64,000 nucleotides of DNA from the NCBI GenBank assembly GCA_951406725.2, contig OX597821.1, forward strand, positions 64,666,001 to 64,730,000, in the 5' to 3' direction. The notes beneath the pieces are model-generated. The model did no database searches. It worked only from the letters and a program-made list of their open reading frames with translations, and was not told the origin of the DNA. Origin of the DNA: Octopus vulgaris (Eukaryota). Positions 41,062 through 55,104 of this stretch are shown here, one piece after another. The position numbers and the translations under genes are program-made. Positions within the stretch are counted from its first letter, which is position 1; each line of letters starts with the position of its first letter.

Positions 41062-41161
41062 CGCACACACACACACGCACATATAATAGCATTGACACAC
41101 ACACACATCTATGTATATATATGTATATAGGTGTGTATGTGTATTTGTCAATACGAGTATA

Positions 41162-41201
<40 letters not shown>

Positions 41202-42380
41202 AGAAACAGAGAGAGAGAGAGAGTGAAAAAGAAAAAGAAAGGAATGCAGAGAGACTGTCTGACAGAGGGTAGCAGTGTAATTTCGAACTAAACATTTCGA
41301 TGCATCTCGTGTGGGTTATTCCACTAATAAAAATGTACTCCCCTTAAATAAGTATTGAGGAATTCTTTAGTTCAATGTTAAATATATTTTTGTGAAAATC
41401 TCGATACAAAACACGCATTAATGTATGTACACAGACACACACATAATCACACGCGCGCGCTAATATCGAACAGAGAGAATGAGTGAATGAGTGTGCAACA
41501 CCGCATTGGTGGACAAATATTCTTTAGTTGTGGATTAAAAAGACTACCAATAGTTTCATGTAAGAAGAGATATTTACAGTTGTTCATGCGTAAACAGGGG
41601 AACTTGGTTGAGAATATATATATATGCATATATGTTGCGTGTAAGCATGGATATAGGTGCGTATAGATCTACAACCATGCTCAGTCACCGCCTTACGGCG
41701 TTTGTTTACTCATAGTTCAAATGGAACATACGGCAGAATATACTTGCTCACGGCAATGTCACTTTGGATTGAATATACAACCATTTGGCTGCTACGAAAA
41801 TTCCTGTTACTGCAGCGTTATAAATAGTGAAGATGGTATATTAGTGCTGTAAGTAAGGGAAATTGCTTTAATTGAAAACTTGGCTGAATTTTTTCGAGAA
41901 GTTTTAATGTTGTATTTCTTGTGGTTTATGTTATTTATTTATTTATTCTACAACCGGACTTCTTAAAGGAAAGCATTCTTTCTAAAATGTATCATTGTAA
42001 ATCAAGATGTCATAATTTTTTTTTATCTATGTAATATTAAATCTTTTCTGTTAGTTCCATATCAATAACCAGCTTGTTTCAGTCTTCTATGCCTTCGGTA
42101 AAATGTCACTGAAGATAGCAAAATAATTGATTATCCAAGTAGTTGTTTTCAATTCAAATCAAAATGATAAGAATGATAGGATGAGAGAAAGATAAAAGCA
42201 GCGAAGAAGGAGGAATGAAAAGAAAAATATAGTATAATTATGTATAGTTTTAGACGTTGATATAAACAATCTTCAATAGACCGAATTCCATTTTCTTTAA
42301 AACCATAACAATATGGTTCACTCAAGTTTGTATTCAGAAAAAAAATTCCGTTAGGTGTACGTAAGTCGTTCATGTAATTG

Positions 42381-42457
<77 letters not shown>

Positions 42458-42702
42458 ACACACACATGCACACACAGATATACAGATAAAATGATTGCAA
42501 CTACAAAGACAAGGCTAAGGATGGAAAAATGTCCCTAATACGTTTGAATATAATATGAGTAATTTAATACAAATATCATGCGATCACATTAGAGGCATCA
42601 TAGTAATCTAATAAAAATGTTGTAAGGCACTTATACTAGTACAGAAGCACATACACATGCATAGATGCTCACACACAAACAGAAGTTTCTATATATTTCA
42701 TA

Positions 42703-43210
42703 TACGTGGTCTGATCAATATGTATCCGGACTGTTGGTATAGTAACGAAGCTAAAACACGGAGAGTGAAGCCGCTTGGCACACATTGACTTTGAAATCTG
42801 CTGTGCATGCGTTCGGAGATTTAAAGCTGACCAGAGAACCTGCAACAAATTTTGCCAAATACTTGCTCAGAGGCCTACGCAAAGTTTTCGAATAGTTTTC
42901 CTTGTTCTCGTCACAATGAAGGAGATCTTGTGCAACTGAAACCCGAGTGTCTCCTTGGTCAGCTGAAAGCAGTTTTAGCCCAAGCTTGGCAAACATGCGT
43001 CTCATACCCAAATCTTCACTGACAATGAACCGAACTGTACCGTAACTAATCTGCACATCTTGTGATAACTGACGAATGGTGATTCGACGATTTCCCTTGA
43101 CAGCTGCATGCCCATCTGCCATGTTTTCTCAGGTCTGCTGGTTGGGGTTCACCCAGAACTTTCGTCAATATCGACATGTTTTTGGCCATCTTGTAACTCA
43201 TATATTGGTG
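42703..43210 (-). mobile_element. Internally deleted mariner element
   Basis: NRRITIRQLSQDVQISYGTVRFIVSEDLGMRRMFAK (mariner HTH2 region); TIR-like TACGTGGTCTGATCAATATGTATCCGGACT at 42703. Confidence 0.8.
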
Positions 43211-43214
43211 ATAT

Positions 43215-44800
43215 GCATAGGAAACGAAGCATTGTTTCCCAAATCAATTCCAAGATCATACACCATATGTGATTCTGGGATTACCGCTCTTTTTCGTCCA
43301 AAGTATCATTGTTGCGACTTCTGAGCTGTTATCGGATGGCTTGGAATTTGCCTGCAATAAATTGCATGTTGTCCTCAGCCCATATGGTATCTAGGTCTTT
43401 CCGTAGAGGGTTCCTTGACTACTTGTACTACTTTTGTGTCATCGGCATGGCTAGTAAGTGCGGCTGTCTGTGTAACGCATGGCATGTCTGAAAGAGCCAC
43501 CATGAACAGCAGCGGCCCCACTACAGTTTCCTGGAGCATTCCACTTTCTATTACTTTCTCCTTGGAGAGGGCTCCGTTGGCTGCTACACCATGGCTTCTG
43601 TCTTTTAAGAAGTCATGTAATCAGTCTCCGATCTTCCCAGTTATGCCGAGTCTCCGTAGTTTGTGATATATCATCCTATGTTCAACCTTATCAAGCGCCT
43701 TTGAAAAGTCGAGATATATCAAATCGACATTTGAGCGATTCATTATTTGTTTCAACATCCAGTCATAATGCTACAAAAGCTGTGTAAGGCAGCTTCGTCC
43801 TGAGCGAAAGACATGTTGGGTGTCAGGAAGCATGTCATTATATTCAAGGAACGCTATCAGTTTGTTCATGATAATGCGCTCCATGACTTTGTTGACATGG
43901 GAATTTAGAGAGACAGGTCTATAATTATTAACGTCTGCTATGCTACCTATCTTATGGAGAGGGTATATTATACTCACCTTTAACTGTTTAGAAATCACCC
44001 AGTTGTGAGGAAGTTCTGGAAGAGAATCTGAAGCGGTCTTGCTAGAGCCCGTTTGCATTTCTTTAGGAAGGATACGAGGAATCCTTCAGGGCTTGTGGCT
44101 GAGTTTGAGCTCATTTCAAAAATGGCTGATATCAGTTTCCTCTATTTTGATGCTCTGAATAATTGCCATTTCACTGTGTAGACCTGTGAAACCAAAGAAC
44201 TCATCAGGTATAGTTACTTGAAAGTGTCCCAGTGGACTGGTGAAAACACTCTTGTATTGCACATCCAGTATTTCAGTATTTCACTGATAGTCTCGAGCTC
44301 CGCCGTCGGTGAGACATTTTCTTCGAATAGTGGCTCAATTTTGTAGATGCCGAAGCAGACTCTTTTGCATATCTATAGAATGCTTTATGGTTTGTCTTAA
44401 TATATTTGACAGCACTGGCTTTCTTTACTGCCCCTTATTTTCATGGGAGAGTTTGAGTTAATTTTCGATCCCGAGCAATGTTTGTTTGAGATAGAATCGT
44501 TTATTATCCTTTTGTGGCCCAACCAGACGATTTGAGATTTTTGCTCGTCATCTCATTAGAATCCTCCGATCCCTAGGTATTATATTTCTCAGCTGACTTG
44601 GTATTCTCTCTAGAGCAAACTTACTGCATATATCAAGAATGATTGTCATAAAGTGGTGTAGATTTATGTCAATATCTTGCGTAGAGAGACTGGCAGATTA
44701 GTTATGTTCCATGACCTCTTTCTCGATACCCGTTCAATCAGCTCTGGGAAAGTTCAGGCTGAAGAAGATTTGAATGCTTCTAGTAGCCTGAATATCAGCA
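43215..44800 (-). mobile_element. Decayed CR1-like LINE ORF2 (RT) fragment
   Basis: PLHKIGS..DVNNYRPVSLNSH..KVMER...QHVFRSGRSCLTQLL...IYLDFSKALDKV...HADDTK. Confidence 0.88.
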
Positions 44801-44811
44801 ATCTCCTGCAG

Positions 44812-44856
<45 letters not shown>

Positions 44857-44858
<2 letters not shown>

Positions 44859-45020
44859 CGTAGGAGTGGCTGTGTGGTCAGTAACTTGTTTATGAATCAC
44901 ATGGTTCCGGGTTCAGTCAAACTGCGTGGCACCTTGGGCAAGTGTCTTCTACTATAGCCTCGGGTCGACCAAAGCCTTGTCACGGGATTTGGTAGATGGA
45001 AACTGAAAGAAGCCCGACGT
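44857..45020 (+). mobile_element. OR-like (CORE-type) tRNA-derived SINE inserted in (TA)n
   Basis: GGCGTAGGAGTGGCTGTGTGG head, GGGTTCAGTC B-box-like motif and CACCTTGGGCAAGTG core. Confidence 0.85.
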
Positions 45021-45021
45021 A

Positions 45022-45068
<47 letters not shown>

Positions 45069-46981
45069 GACTCTCTCGTCGAAGTCGACGTGTAACCGTT
45101 CAGCATCTACTTAAAGAGCTGCACGAATGATTTGTTTAATAATATTTAGATGTATGTGCCGTATATTAGCTCATCCGCTCCGTAAAATCGACGCTACTTG
45201 AAGTAGCACACGTCAGGGGACGACTTGATCGTACAGCAATGTCCGATGAAGCGTTTTCCCAAGAACATAACACAACACTCGGTCTAGGAATTGAAATCAC
45301 GATCTCGCGTCCAAAACCCTAACCACTAGGCCATATGTATTTACATGCACACACACACACAAACACACTCAGAAATATGCATATAATTAAACTAATAAAG
45401 TTATGTTTAGATCTCTCTACATAGATGATTATAATCGAGGCTGCTTGTTGAATAATTGGTCAGCAATTTCGATCCAGAGTTGTATTTTAAGTTATTGAAT
45501 AACATAGCAAATGTTGGAGGGATAAGGATTATAGTATAAATTCATATTGTAGTTCCTACGCGCGTTTCCATAAATATGTTTTAGAATTGCATTTTGATTC
45601 CCAAATACAGTGGATGATCAGGAAACACTTTATTGCATCAAGTTACATAAGCTACATAATTATATTTATACATGTGTGTGTGTTTTATTATTTTTAACTT
45701 CCAGGGCGAGGCCTACAATTGGAACTCCTTCATCAGTATTTAAATTTTGGGGAGTAAAGTAAGGGAGTGTGATGCCGCCACGTACTTTCTCGTCTTAATA
45801 TTAGTTCTTCTCGAGTGGCTGATCGTAGTTTAGCCAGTTGGTTCTTGGATGCATATGCATCCACTCCCTGTATATTTTTCAGTTTGTTTGGTAAGGTATT
45901 AAAATGTTATGGGCTTAGAGTTTTGAAGTATTTGGTCAGGATTTGCGATGAACAGATTAGGACCTTTCGGATCTATGTAGTGAGGGAATTGGTATAGTCC
46001 TCAAAAGAATTTTAATGATGTAGTAAAATGATGTAAAACATGCAAAAACGTTATACTATTGCACGTATAAAATACCACAGTTTATACACAAACACACACA
46101 CACACACACATATATGTGTGTATATATATATATACGTACACACACACACACACACACACATACACACACACACATATATATATATATATACTGCCATATG
46201 TCACCTTTCACTATATATGAGGCACCATCTTTGAAATATACCTCACTCAATGAATTAGGACTTTCTAAGCTGTAGGAAAGGACTTAACATTGGTAGAACT
46301 TTAGTCACAACTGTTTGTGCATTTCTCAAATTTCAATGAATATAGATGAAAACTTTACAAAAGAAAAACAAAAGAGAAGTAATGTAAAAAGTGTATTTAT
46401 ATCGATAGAAACTTTCCTTCCCATTCTATTACCATTATTTAGAACCATGGAAGCAAGTTTAGTTGAATGATGTTAGGCATTTCCTTAGAGAAATGAGCAT
46501 TCGATACTGTCAGAAATGTCTACAACAATGGAACAAAACCAATGATTTTAGAATGAAAATATGTTTTCCCTCAAACCTGAACAATTCTCTGGTGAAGAGA
46601 ACCAAATGCTCACTGTTTCAACACCCATTATAACCTAAAAGTCAAACTGATTCTTTGTAAGGATTCAGTGTATTTGCTTCAGAAATATGTTCGTACATAA
46701 TAAAAATATTGCTAGATATTTAAATCATAAACACAGAATTCAGCCCCATTTGCATGTATAGTATGGAAGTTATTATTGTTCGTAGTAGGCAGGCAAACCT
46801 ATTATATAGAATGCGAAGTATATTTTCCACATAAATGTGGCTAACCACTAAGAGTGGATGCTACTGTAGCTTGTAGCTCCAGGAGAACATCTTCTCCAGC
46901 TGGCTATTGACACACTTTCTGTGCTCTATCAGTATTTGCAAATGGAAGCCATCCATTCCCGTCGTCGACCTGACGTGATAC

Positions 46982-47024
46982 ATAAGGACCCGGGTTTCTG
47001 GGTATTTACCCGTCGTCAGCGCAC
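46982..47024 (-). ncRNA. Type I hammerhead ribozyme
   Basis: GUGCG-CUGACGA-CGGGUAaaUACCCA-GAAA-CCCGGG-UC-CUUAU: intact core, palindromic stem III, one stem I mismatch. Confidence 0.82.
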
Positions 47025-47338
47025 AACAACCACCGGTCTTCGATGTGAAGGGGTCCCAATGCAAACACATATATCCTTTTTCCAGTGACGAAAAGTATCT
47101 GATCTCGAAAAAGTGTAAACAAGTAATAATAAATCTCTGAACGAGGTATAGACAATAGCTGCTGGACAATGTGAAGTATATTTGCCGCATAAATGTGGCT
47201 ACCAACAAAGGGTGGTTGCTACTGTAGCTTGTAGCCTCAGGAGAACATCTTCTCCAGCTGGCTATTGACACACTATCTGTGCCCTATCAGTATTTGCAAA
47301 GGGAAGCCATCCTTCCTATCGTCGACCTGACGTGATAC

Positions 47339-47381
47339 ATACGGGCCCGGGTTTCTGGGTATTTATCTGTCGTCAGCGCAC
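47339..47381 (-). ncRNA. Type I hammerhead ribozyme, second copy (degenerate)
   Basis: GUGCG-CUGACGA-CAGAUAaaUACCCA-GAAA-CCCGGG-CC-CGUAU: stem I intact, U16.1 changed to C, stem II damaged. Confidence 0.7.
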
Positions 47382-48220
47382 GTGGTTAGCCACATTTAAA
47401 TGGCAAATATACTTCACATTGCCGTGCAGCTACTGTTTATACCTTGTTCAGAGATTTATTATTACTATATAGTATTTTAACCGAATAATCCTATCTGCAT
47501 GTGAAGAAAGAAAGATAACTGTTATTTTCAATATAAATGACAATTTATGTACCAGTGGATCAATAGCAATCGGGCTACTTTTGTGATATTTGCAGAAGAC
47601 ATACAAATCTATCGCATCTCAATATTATAATCTCTAGAGTAACAAAGAAGCTTCAGGAGTAGCTAAATCGATCTGAAGTTCATCTATAAACCAATATACA
47701 AAAGAAACGCCCTCGCATTATTAGGTTACATATGGTACATAAAGTACCAAAGGTTTAATATAAACAACACCGTATTAGCAACGTATACAACTCGTGAATC
47801 AAATTTCTGCACCCCAATTGTGATGAACAATTCGAAAAGGACAAGCACAATGAAGCAAAATCATAGAACACAACCATAAATGAAAGATTAGATTCAGTCT
47901 TGGTAAATTCAAATAAGCTATCGAACCAGACTAACGATAAATCTCCTCAAAAGCGTGTACTGAAGACCACCGTGAAAATACACAAGACATGACGATAGTC
48001 AACATTACATCAAACCACTCTGATAAGTACCGACCGAATGTATTAACTTCTCCATCAGGTAACTCTGTCTGACAAATGTCTCATGTCAGAAAAATGAAAC
48101 TCTTCGCAGCAGAATGCATTAAGCTGAAAACAACTATTTATTCCCAAATTCTTGCGTTCACATTTACTACCGTTGTAGAATTAGCCTGCACATAATAACA
48201 CTTAGAAACTCAATACTACT

Positions 48221-48346
<126 letters not shown>

Positions 48347-48881
48347 TTAAATGTCTACATGTATGTATGTAATTTTGTATGTATGTATTTACGTATGTAT
48401 GTATGTATGTATGTATGTATGTGTAGGTGAGTGCTATACTCTGAGTAGTAATGTGTCCGTCTGTATATTTACTTCTATATGTGTGCGAGTTTTGGGAAAC
48501 TATCAGAACTATACAAACATTGAAATGTAACTCTAAGTAACCACTTCTGTGCACGCTTAGGTTTATGTCTGCTACTATACCTGTTTGTGTATATCTCTAT
48601 ACTTTCACATATGTGTGATGTTTCTGTGTTCATGCGGAGGTTAATAATGTGTATGTTTTAGTCGTGTTATATTTTTTATCGAGATATTTACTGTACACAC
48701 ACCACTTAGATAACAATTGCCTATTCCTGAAACTAACATTTCTGTCACGACTGTATAACACAAAATATATATTTAGCTTTTCCTTCAGAATATTTCTCAT
48801 GTTTTTAATACATTTATATAACCCACCCGATACCTAAACATACATACCATACATACACACATATATAAACATGTCTATATC

Positions 48882-48926
<45 letters not shown>

Positions 48927-49080
48927 TTATATAGCTGTATGTATATCTATATATATGTGTGTGTATAAATATATATATAAGTATTTATATGCATGTATGT
49001 CTATGTATATAAAGATATAAATGTATATAGATCTATATATATGTATATTTATATGTATGTATGTATGCATGTATATATGC

Positions 49081-49138
<58 letters not shown>

Positions 49139-49718
49139 TCATTTATTTATATATATGTATGTATATATATATATATAAGTAGATGCGTATATTCACGCAC
49201 ACACACACACTAAAAAAAAGTATATGTATTTTAGTTTCACACTAATGTCTATATATGTTAGTATATGTTAGTGTGTATGAGTCGGAAGGTGTACTTCCTG
49301 CTAATAGCGTAATGGGAATGCCAATGTACTCGCTGAACTATTCATTTCTGCTGTGTTTATTATTACTATTAGTATTACTATTTCTATTATTATTGTTATT
49401 CTTACTATTGCTATTATTATTATTATTATCATTATTACTATTATTATTTTTTATTATTATTATTAGTAGTAGTAATAGTATTAGTTTTTATTATTATTAT
49501 TATTATTATTCCTTTTCATGTTTATCGAAACGTAATACAAGATTCAATTCAGAAAAAAAAAGATAAACAAATATATCTCTAGAATTTCGTAGTTATTTAT
49601 AACGCTGTAAATTTATATTTTTCTATTCGGAAGGGGAAGTATACATGTCTGTCTGTCATATATACATACATTCCTGCATACATACCTACACACATGCATA
49701 CACTCACACATACATATA

Positions 49719-49796
<78 letters not shown>

Positions 49797-49929
49797 TATA
49801 CGTATCTCCCTCTCTCTCTCTATCTATCTCTCTCTCTATATATATATATATTCGTATATATATGTTTATATTCATAAATATTTATATGTATATGTATATA
49901 TTTCTACATACATATATATGTATACATTT

Positions 49930-50033
<104 letters not shown>

Positions 50034-52975
50034 ATATGCATGCAAATGCTTGTGCATATTTAACTAAGTCTGTGCGATCTGTAGTTACAATATTCAAGGA
50101 AAGCCAGTACAAAAGAATACGCAGTAAATGTATTCTTCGCAGTATTGTTGTGTCTTGCAGAAAACTTATCTCTTACATTCCAAAACATTATCAGCGCGGA
50201 TTTGTGGGAGAAATTCGAATATGAAGTCGGCAAGGAATAAAAAATAAGAACAGAATTGAACACATAAATGTGGATTATATATGCTACCGCGAACTAGGAG
50301 ACTGTTATTTTCGCGGTTAGCAGAGCGATAAATACAGATATCTCTGCATATTATGCTAAAGATGCATACTGTGTTAAAGATTTTGTTAAAGATGATAGAG
50401 ACCCTAAGAATTTAGAAAAGGTCAAAGAATCAGAATTGTAATTTGTTGGGTTTTTTTTTTAATAAATATTAGCTGTCCACGAATTGTCAATGTTGAGAGA
50501 TTTCTCGTTATTGGTAACGAAATAATTTTCCCCCTTTTCCTACATTGCCTTTCAAACCAGCTTCTAGAATGAATCTACGCCAAGATAATCGCATGCAATT
50601 GACAGGAACGTATGCTTTCAATGTTCGTTCCTCTTTTCATGTATTATTTGTGTAGACATTGTGCCCGACATGGAAAGATTCCCCACCCGCAGATTGATGG
50701 TAGAATATTTTCAAAACGCTTTTTAGACAACGTGTTGACGTGTGAAAACCAACGAGATCGTCATTCTAAGATTGATGCTTCAACATAAATTTTATTTGCT
50801 GATTCTATCGTTGTGTATGTAACAGATTTTATCCATCCATATTAGTCAAAAAATGTTTCAAAAAGTGCCTTTTTTGAAATAATTTAATGTTCATCGCCTG
50901 CTGGCAATATAGAGTTGAATTCACGCGTAGATACAAACATGATGGCATGCAGAATTCTCTATATACTACCACCTTTCTGTGAAGTCGATGATTCTAATTA
51001 TAAGAGATGCTATTCTTTAGTAGCATAAATGCAGAAGAAGGTTCGATATGCGTTTTGATTTTTTCTCAATCCCAGACGATACTTTCAAGATACATGAAAT
51101 GATGTATGTGTTTGATGCTAAACATGAGTGATAGACATCTCTATACAGCGTTAAGTATCTCAGTTATCTGCAAGACTTCAGCATTTTCCAGATTGATTAT
51201 AAATCTGATGCGAAGGTAATAGTTCAATATTGATACAATAGTGATCTGATGGAATTGAGGCACATCTGAAACAGGAGCTGATTTACTGCATACCAGAATT
51301 CAAATAGAACCAAAGTAAATCTCTTGGATGGCACTTATAGTCATTATCTAAATTGTTATAAGATTTAAAACACCATCATTTGAGTTTATATCAATTCTTA
51401 TGAGAAAGGTTTTTGCCACAAGTTGTGCGTTTCAAAATAAGGGACTAAGAGAAATGCAAAACAAAATTCTGCAAAACAAAATTACCATTAACTCTCCTAG
51501 ATTCCATTCCACCAAGGCTTAGGTATACTTGTTCTCTTACTAATACGCTCTGCAAAATATTTATTTTGTTTATATCAATGGCGTTTAAAAGATTTATATA
51601 AAAGCAAGATGTATATCACCTTGTTGGGCACTATATATCTCGATGAACATTCGAGAAATGTTATGCGTTTGACGGGAAACTTCGTCTAATTGCACAGGAA
51701 CATCTACCTCTTTTGTTATATTCGGCAACAATTTTAGCTTATTGCCAACGTAGATAATATGATGTTGACTTTCCAGGATATAGAAATATTTTATGAACTC
51801 CAGTTGCTAACTTTATATCACAACATTATAGATTTCAAACGGAATTCCCACAAAGGCAGAGCGTTGTATCTATTCAGCTATAGAATAGCTGTACGTATTT
51901 TATTACTTGTTAGACAATTATCAAATTAAGGGAGTTATGGTAATCTCACAGTTTCTTCCACTATCTGCGGTGTTGTAAGATTGTTTGATCGAAAGGACAG
52001 GATCACTCTGCCACTTATTCAAGAAATTCTACCCGTATGTTTGATCGAGATATTCCAACAGAAAAACGGTCCCGAGAGACAAGCACATTGCGAAGGTCTG
52101 CTAACGGTTTCGATCCACGTCATAGAACTTAAATAATATATTTGCATCATGGAGCATCCTAGTCCCTGCTCTTTTCTTTGCATCATTTCTTTTGAAATGT
52201 TTGAGGCCTTCGCTGAGCTTCTAATCATTGTTGACATTATCGTTGCAGAATTTACCTTAATAAAGGTATTGCCAGATGAGTATCTTTATTTCTATTTTTG
52301 TCTACTAAAATAAGACGGATGTGTTCAGTAGATTCATTAAACCAACTCTCATTTTGAGGCTTTCTCCACTCTAGGGTAACAAACACAGCTTTCATCATCA
52401 GAATCAGGACCATGCAATATATAACATCGATGTAATCTTTAGACATATTATCTGAACCAATAAAATTCAGATTCAAGGAAAGAGGTATCAAAAATTGTTC
52501 TAGTTATGCGTTGTTCTTATCCGAACTGGATAACGATGTTGTGTTCTGATGCTTTTTCCCTTTTAGTGAGACGAACTGAGATGAAAGAGGAGAACGCCTA
52601 TTTGAATGTATAAAGCAGCAATGTACCTAGGATTCAACTCCAGACAACACTCTGTACATGAAATTTAATTACGTCTTAATCCTGTACTTCCGTCACGTTT
52701 TCTCGGTGCAACTGCCATAATTTTTGACTCACGAGAGATTTCCAAAAGAAAGGGAAATAACTACACCAGCATCTGACTATCAGGTTCCTCCCAGGTGATT
52801 TTCTATTCAGTAGTTTTGCAATAATTGACAAGAGAGTTCCACTAGTGATGCTTATTCTCCTGAACAGCTTCGAGATTTTCTTCATTCCTAAAATACCAAT
52901 CCCCCACATGGCACATCAATGTTTGTTTATAAAAATGTTCTCATATACACGTGTCTGTATTTACATGCACACACA

Positions 52976-53520
52976 CAGTGTTCAGACTAATTTCGACAAT
53001 TTGCATAAAAAGAAAATGAAACACAATATCCCACATAAAAATGGGTGTATTTTAAAACATTAATAAATATCAAATACAATTTGGCTAGGAGATAATAGTT
53101 TCCTCAAAGTAGCAACCCTCAGTAGCATCACGACTTCACTATAGCTCTGCAACCAGATCCACGCGTTTTTCACTGTACTCTTGAGAAGATCATCGAACGC
53201 CTGTTTGATTGAGGTCACCATCTCGGCATTGGCATTGCAGACAGTTTGGTTAGAGTCTTTTTCAATTACGTTCCACACATACTAATATATGGGATTAGAA
53301 TCAGGAGAATTATGGGACATAAAAATATCGTCAATTTTATCCCAGGGATTGTAGGCAACCTACTTGTTCGGGATGCCGCACGTGAGAAGAACAAAAGCAT
53401 TCCCAGCTTGTTGAGGAACATTTTTGCCTTCGTGAAGCGGTTCTCTTTGACTTTGGATGTGTTCCTTGAGCATTTTGTTCGAGTAGTTCTGAAGGTTCAC
53501 ATTCAGCGACAGCTTTATGG
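52976..53520 (-). mobile_element. Tc1/mariner-superfamily transposase remnant
   Basis: SPDSNPIY*YVWNVIEKDSN (SPDLNPIE-like motif); CAGTG terminus at 52976. Confidence 0.65.
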
Positions 53521-53570
53521 TAGCGACTCTTATGCCATCTCTCTCTCCGAAGACCAGACTCCCTTGCTCA

Positions 53571-53649
<79 letters not shown>

Positions 53650-53723
53650 TGTGTGTGTGTATGTGTGTGTGTGTGTGTGTTTCTCTCTTTCTCTCTCTCT
53701 CCCTCTCGCTCTCTGTATATATA

Positions 53724-54379
53724 AATTAATAATTAAGAGTATTACGTATATTACCTGCACGCTAAAAATAGTAATCAGAAGACGGCTACAACCACATATT
53801 TGCACTCATTCACATTAATTTAAATAGGGGAAATGAACAGAAATTCTAAGCCTCCGTACCAATAATGAAAAGGATCGTAAATTGAAAAGCCAGACATACC
53901 CGTATCGTGACGATTTCAGAAACTTTGAAAATGATACTTACTTATCATCAGCGAGTCTTACTGACCCGAGGGTCAGTTGATATTATTTTATGCCAGTTAA
54001 TATTATTATATGCCACTTGATAACCCTTATATATTTTTTATAATTTATTATTCATTTCGATCACCTTTTTAAATGTGCCGCGGCATAATAAAAGGTCATC
54101 GCGCTCGTTGGTGAGATGGGCAGTTTCTATGACCCTCAGGTCAGTAAAACTCGTTGATGAGAACTATGTGACATTTTTACAGTTTGAAATCGTGACGATA
54201 CGGGTATGTCTAGCTTTTCAATTTACGATTCTTTTTGATATTGGTACGGGGGCTTCGAATTTCTACTCATTCCCCAGTGTTCAATTAACGGCTATCAGTG
54301 AAAATTTGTGATTTTATTCCTCTTGTGACTGCTATTTTTAGCGTGTTGGTTCTATTTGTTGTACCCTTAATTATTAATT
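53724..54379. mobile_element. MITE / fold-back element with ~260-bp terminal inverted repeats
   Basis: AATTAATAATTAAG...CGCTAAAAATAG...AGACATACCCGTATCGT...ACTGACC is mirrored on the opposite strand at ~54130-54379. Confidence 0.8.
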
Positions 54380-54458
54380 AATTATTTTTGACCCTATGGT
54401 ACTTTTACGCATGCTATGCATAAAAAACAATATCCTTATATATGTATTTATCTCTGTC

Positions 54459-54530
<72 letters not shown>

Positions 54531-54534
<4 letters not shown>

Positions 54535-55104
54535 AATAATGAGGGAGATAAATTAATATTAATTTAATTAACATCACAGAGAAAATTCTAATACATGTGT
54601 ATATTCAAAGGGCAAGACCGCTAGGTAGTCGGCCGTATGCTAGAAATATATCACCAACGATCAAACTACAAAGAATGTTCTCTAGAGGAAAATTCAGCGG
54701 CCACCAGAACAATTAGGCGGGCAAGACAGATGAAAATGATATAAAAAAACAGAATTACTCACAGACCGGCGGTTTCAACAATTAACAAAAGAATTACTTA
54801 TATAATCCAATTGTCCGTAGTTTCGTCAGTGCGATCGTTCCGACAGGTAATGCAATTTGAAAAAAAAAACTAACCCCAGCTTTCTATGCCAAAACAGACA
54901 CGTGTTTAGTTTTACCGATTACATTAGGGATAATTTCAAATGTCTTAGTTCTGGCCCGCTAAAAATTCCGGAAGCGAAGAACTGCAGTAAATAATTTACT
55001 GCGGTTAGTGCTGCCTATTAGAGAACATATTTATTTTAATATTTAAATAATGAGGGAGATAAATTTATATTAATTTAATTAACATCAATTTAAAACCAGT
55101 AGCC
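54531..55104 (-). mobile_element. Retrozyme-like or solo pLTR element, 511-bp unit with ~46-bp terminal direct repeat
   Basis: TTTAAATAATGAGGGAGATAAATT...AACATCA at 54531 and 55042; internal HHR; flanked by (TA)n and (TG)n. Confidence 0.7.
54760..54833 (-). ncRNA. Type I hammerhead ribozyme with extended stem II
   Basis: CGCA-CUGACGA-[AA..ACAAUU...AAUUGUU]-GAAA-CCGCCGG-UC-UGUG; stem I CGCA/UGUG; GUC cleavage triplet. Confidence 0.75.

Larger units (their letters stand above)
46810..47466 (-). mobile_element. Retrozyme-like non-coding element: 357-bp tandem unit (~1.6 copies) with HHRs plus a terminal inverted segment
   Basis: 46815-47024 is repeated at 47172-47381. 47382-47466 is the reverse complement of ~47122-47206. 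Confidence 0.8.

Noticed and set aside
44857-44930. tRNA gene
   Set aside because: The A/B-box head continues into a SINE core, and there is no complete cloverleaf.
53905-53960. CUGAUGA...GAAA on the minus strand within the MITE arm
   Set aside because: Stems I and III do not pair properly, and the mirrored arm lacks the core.
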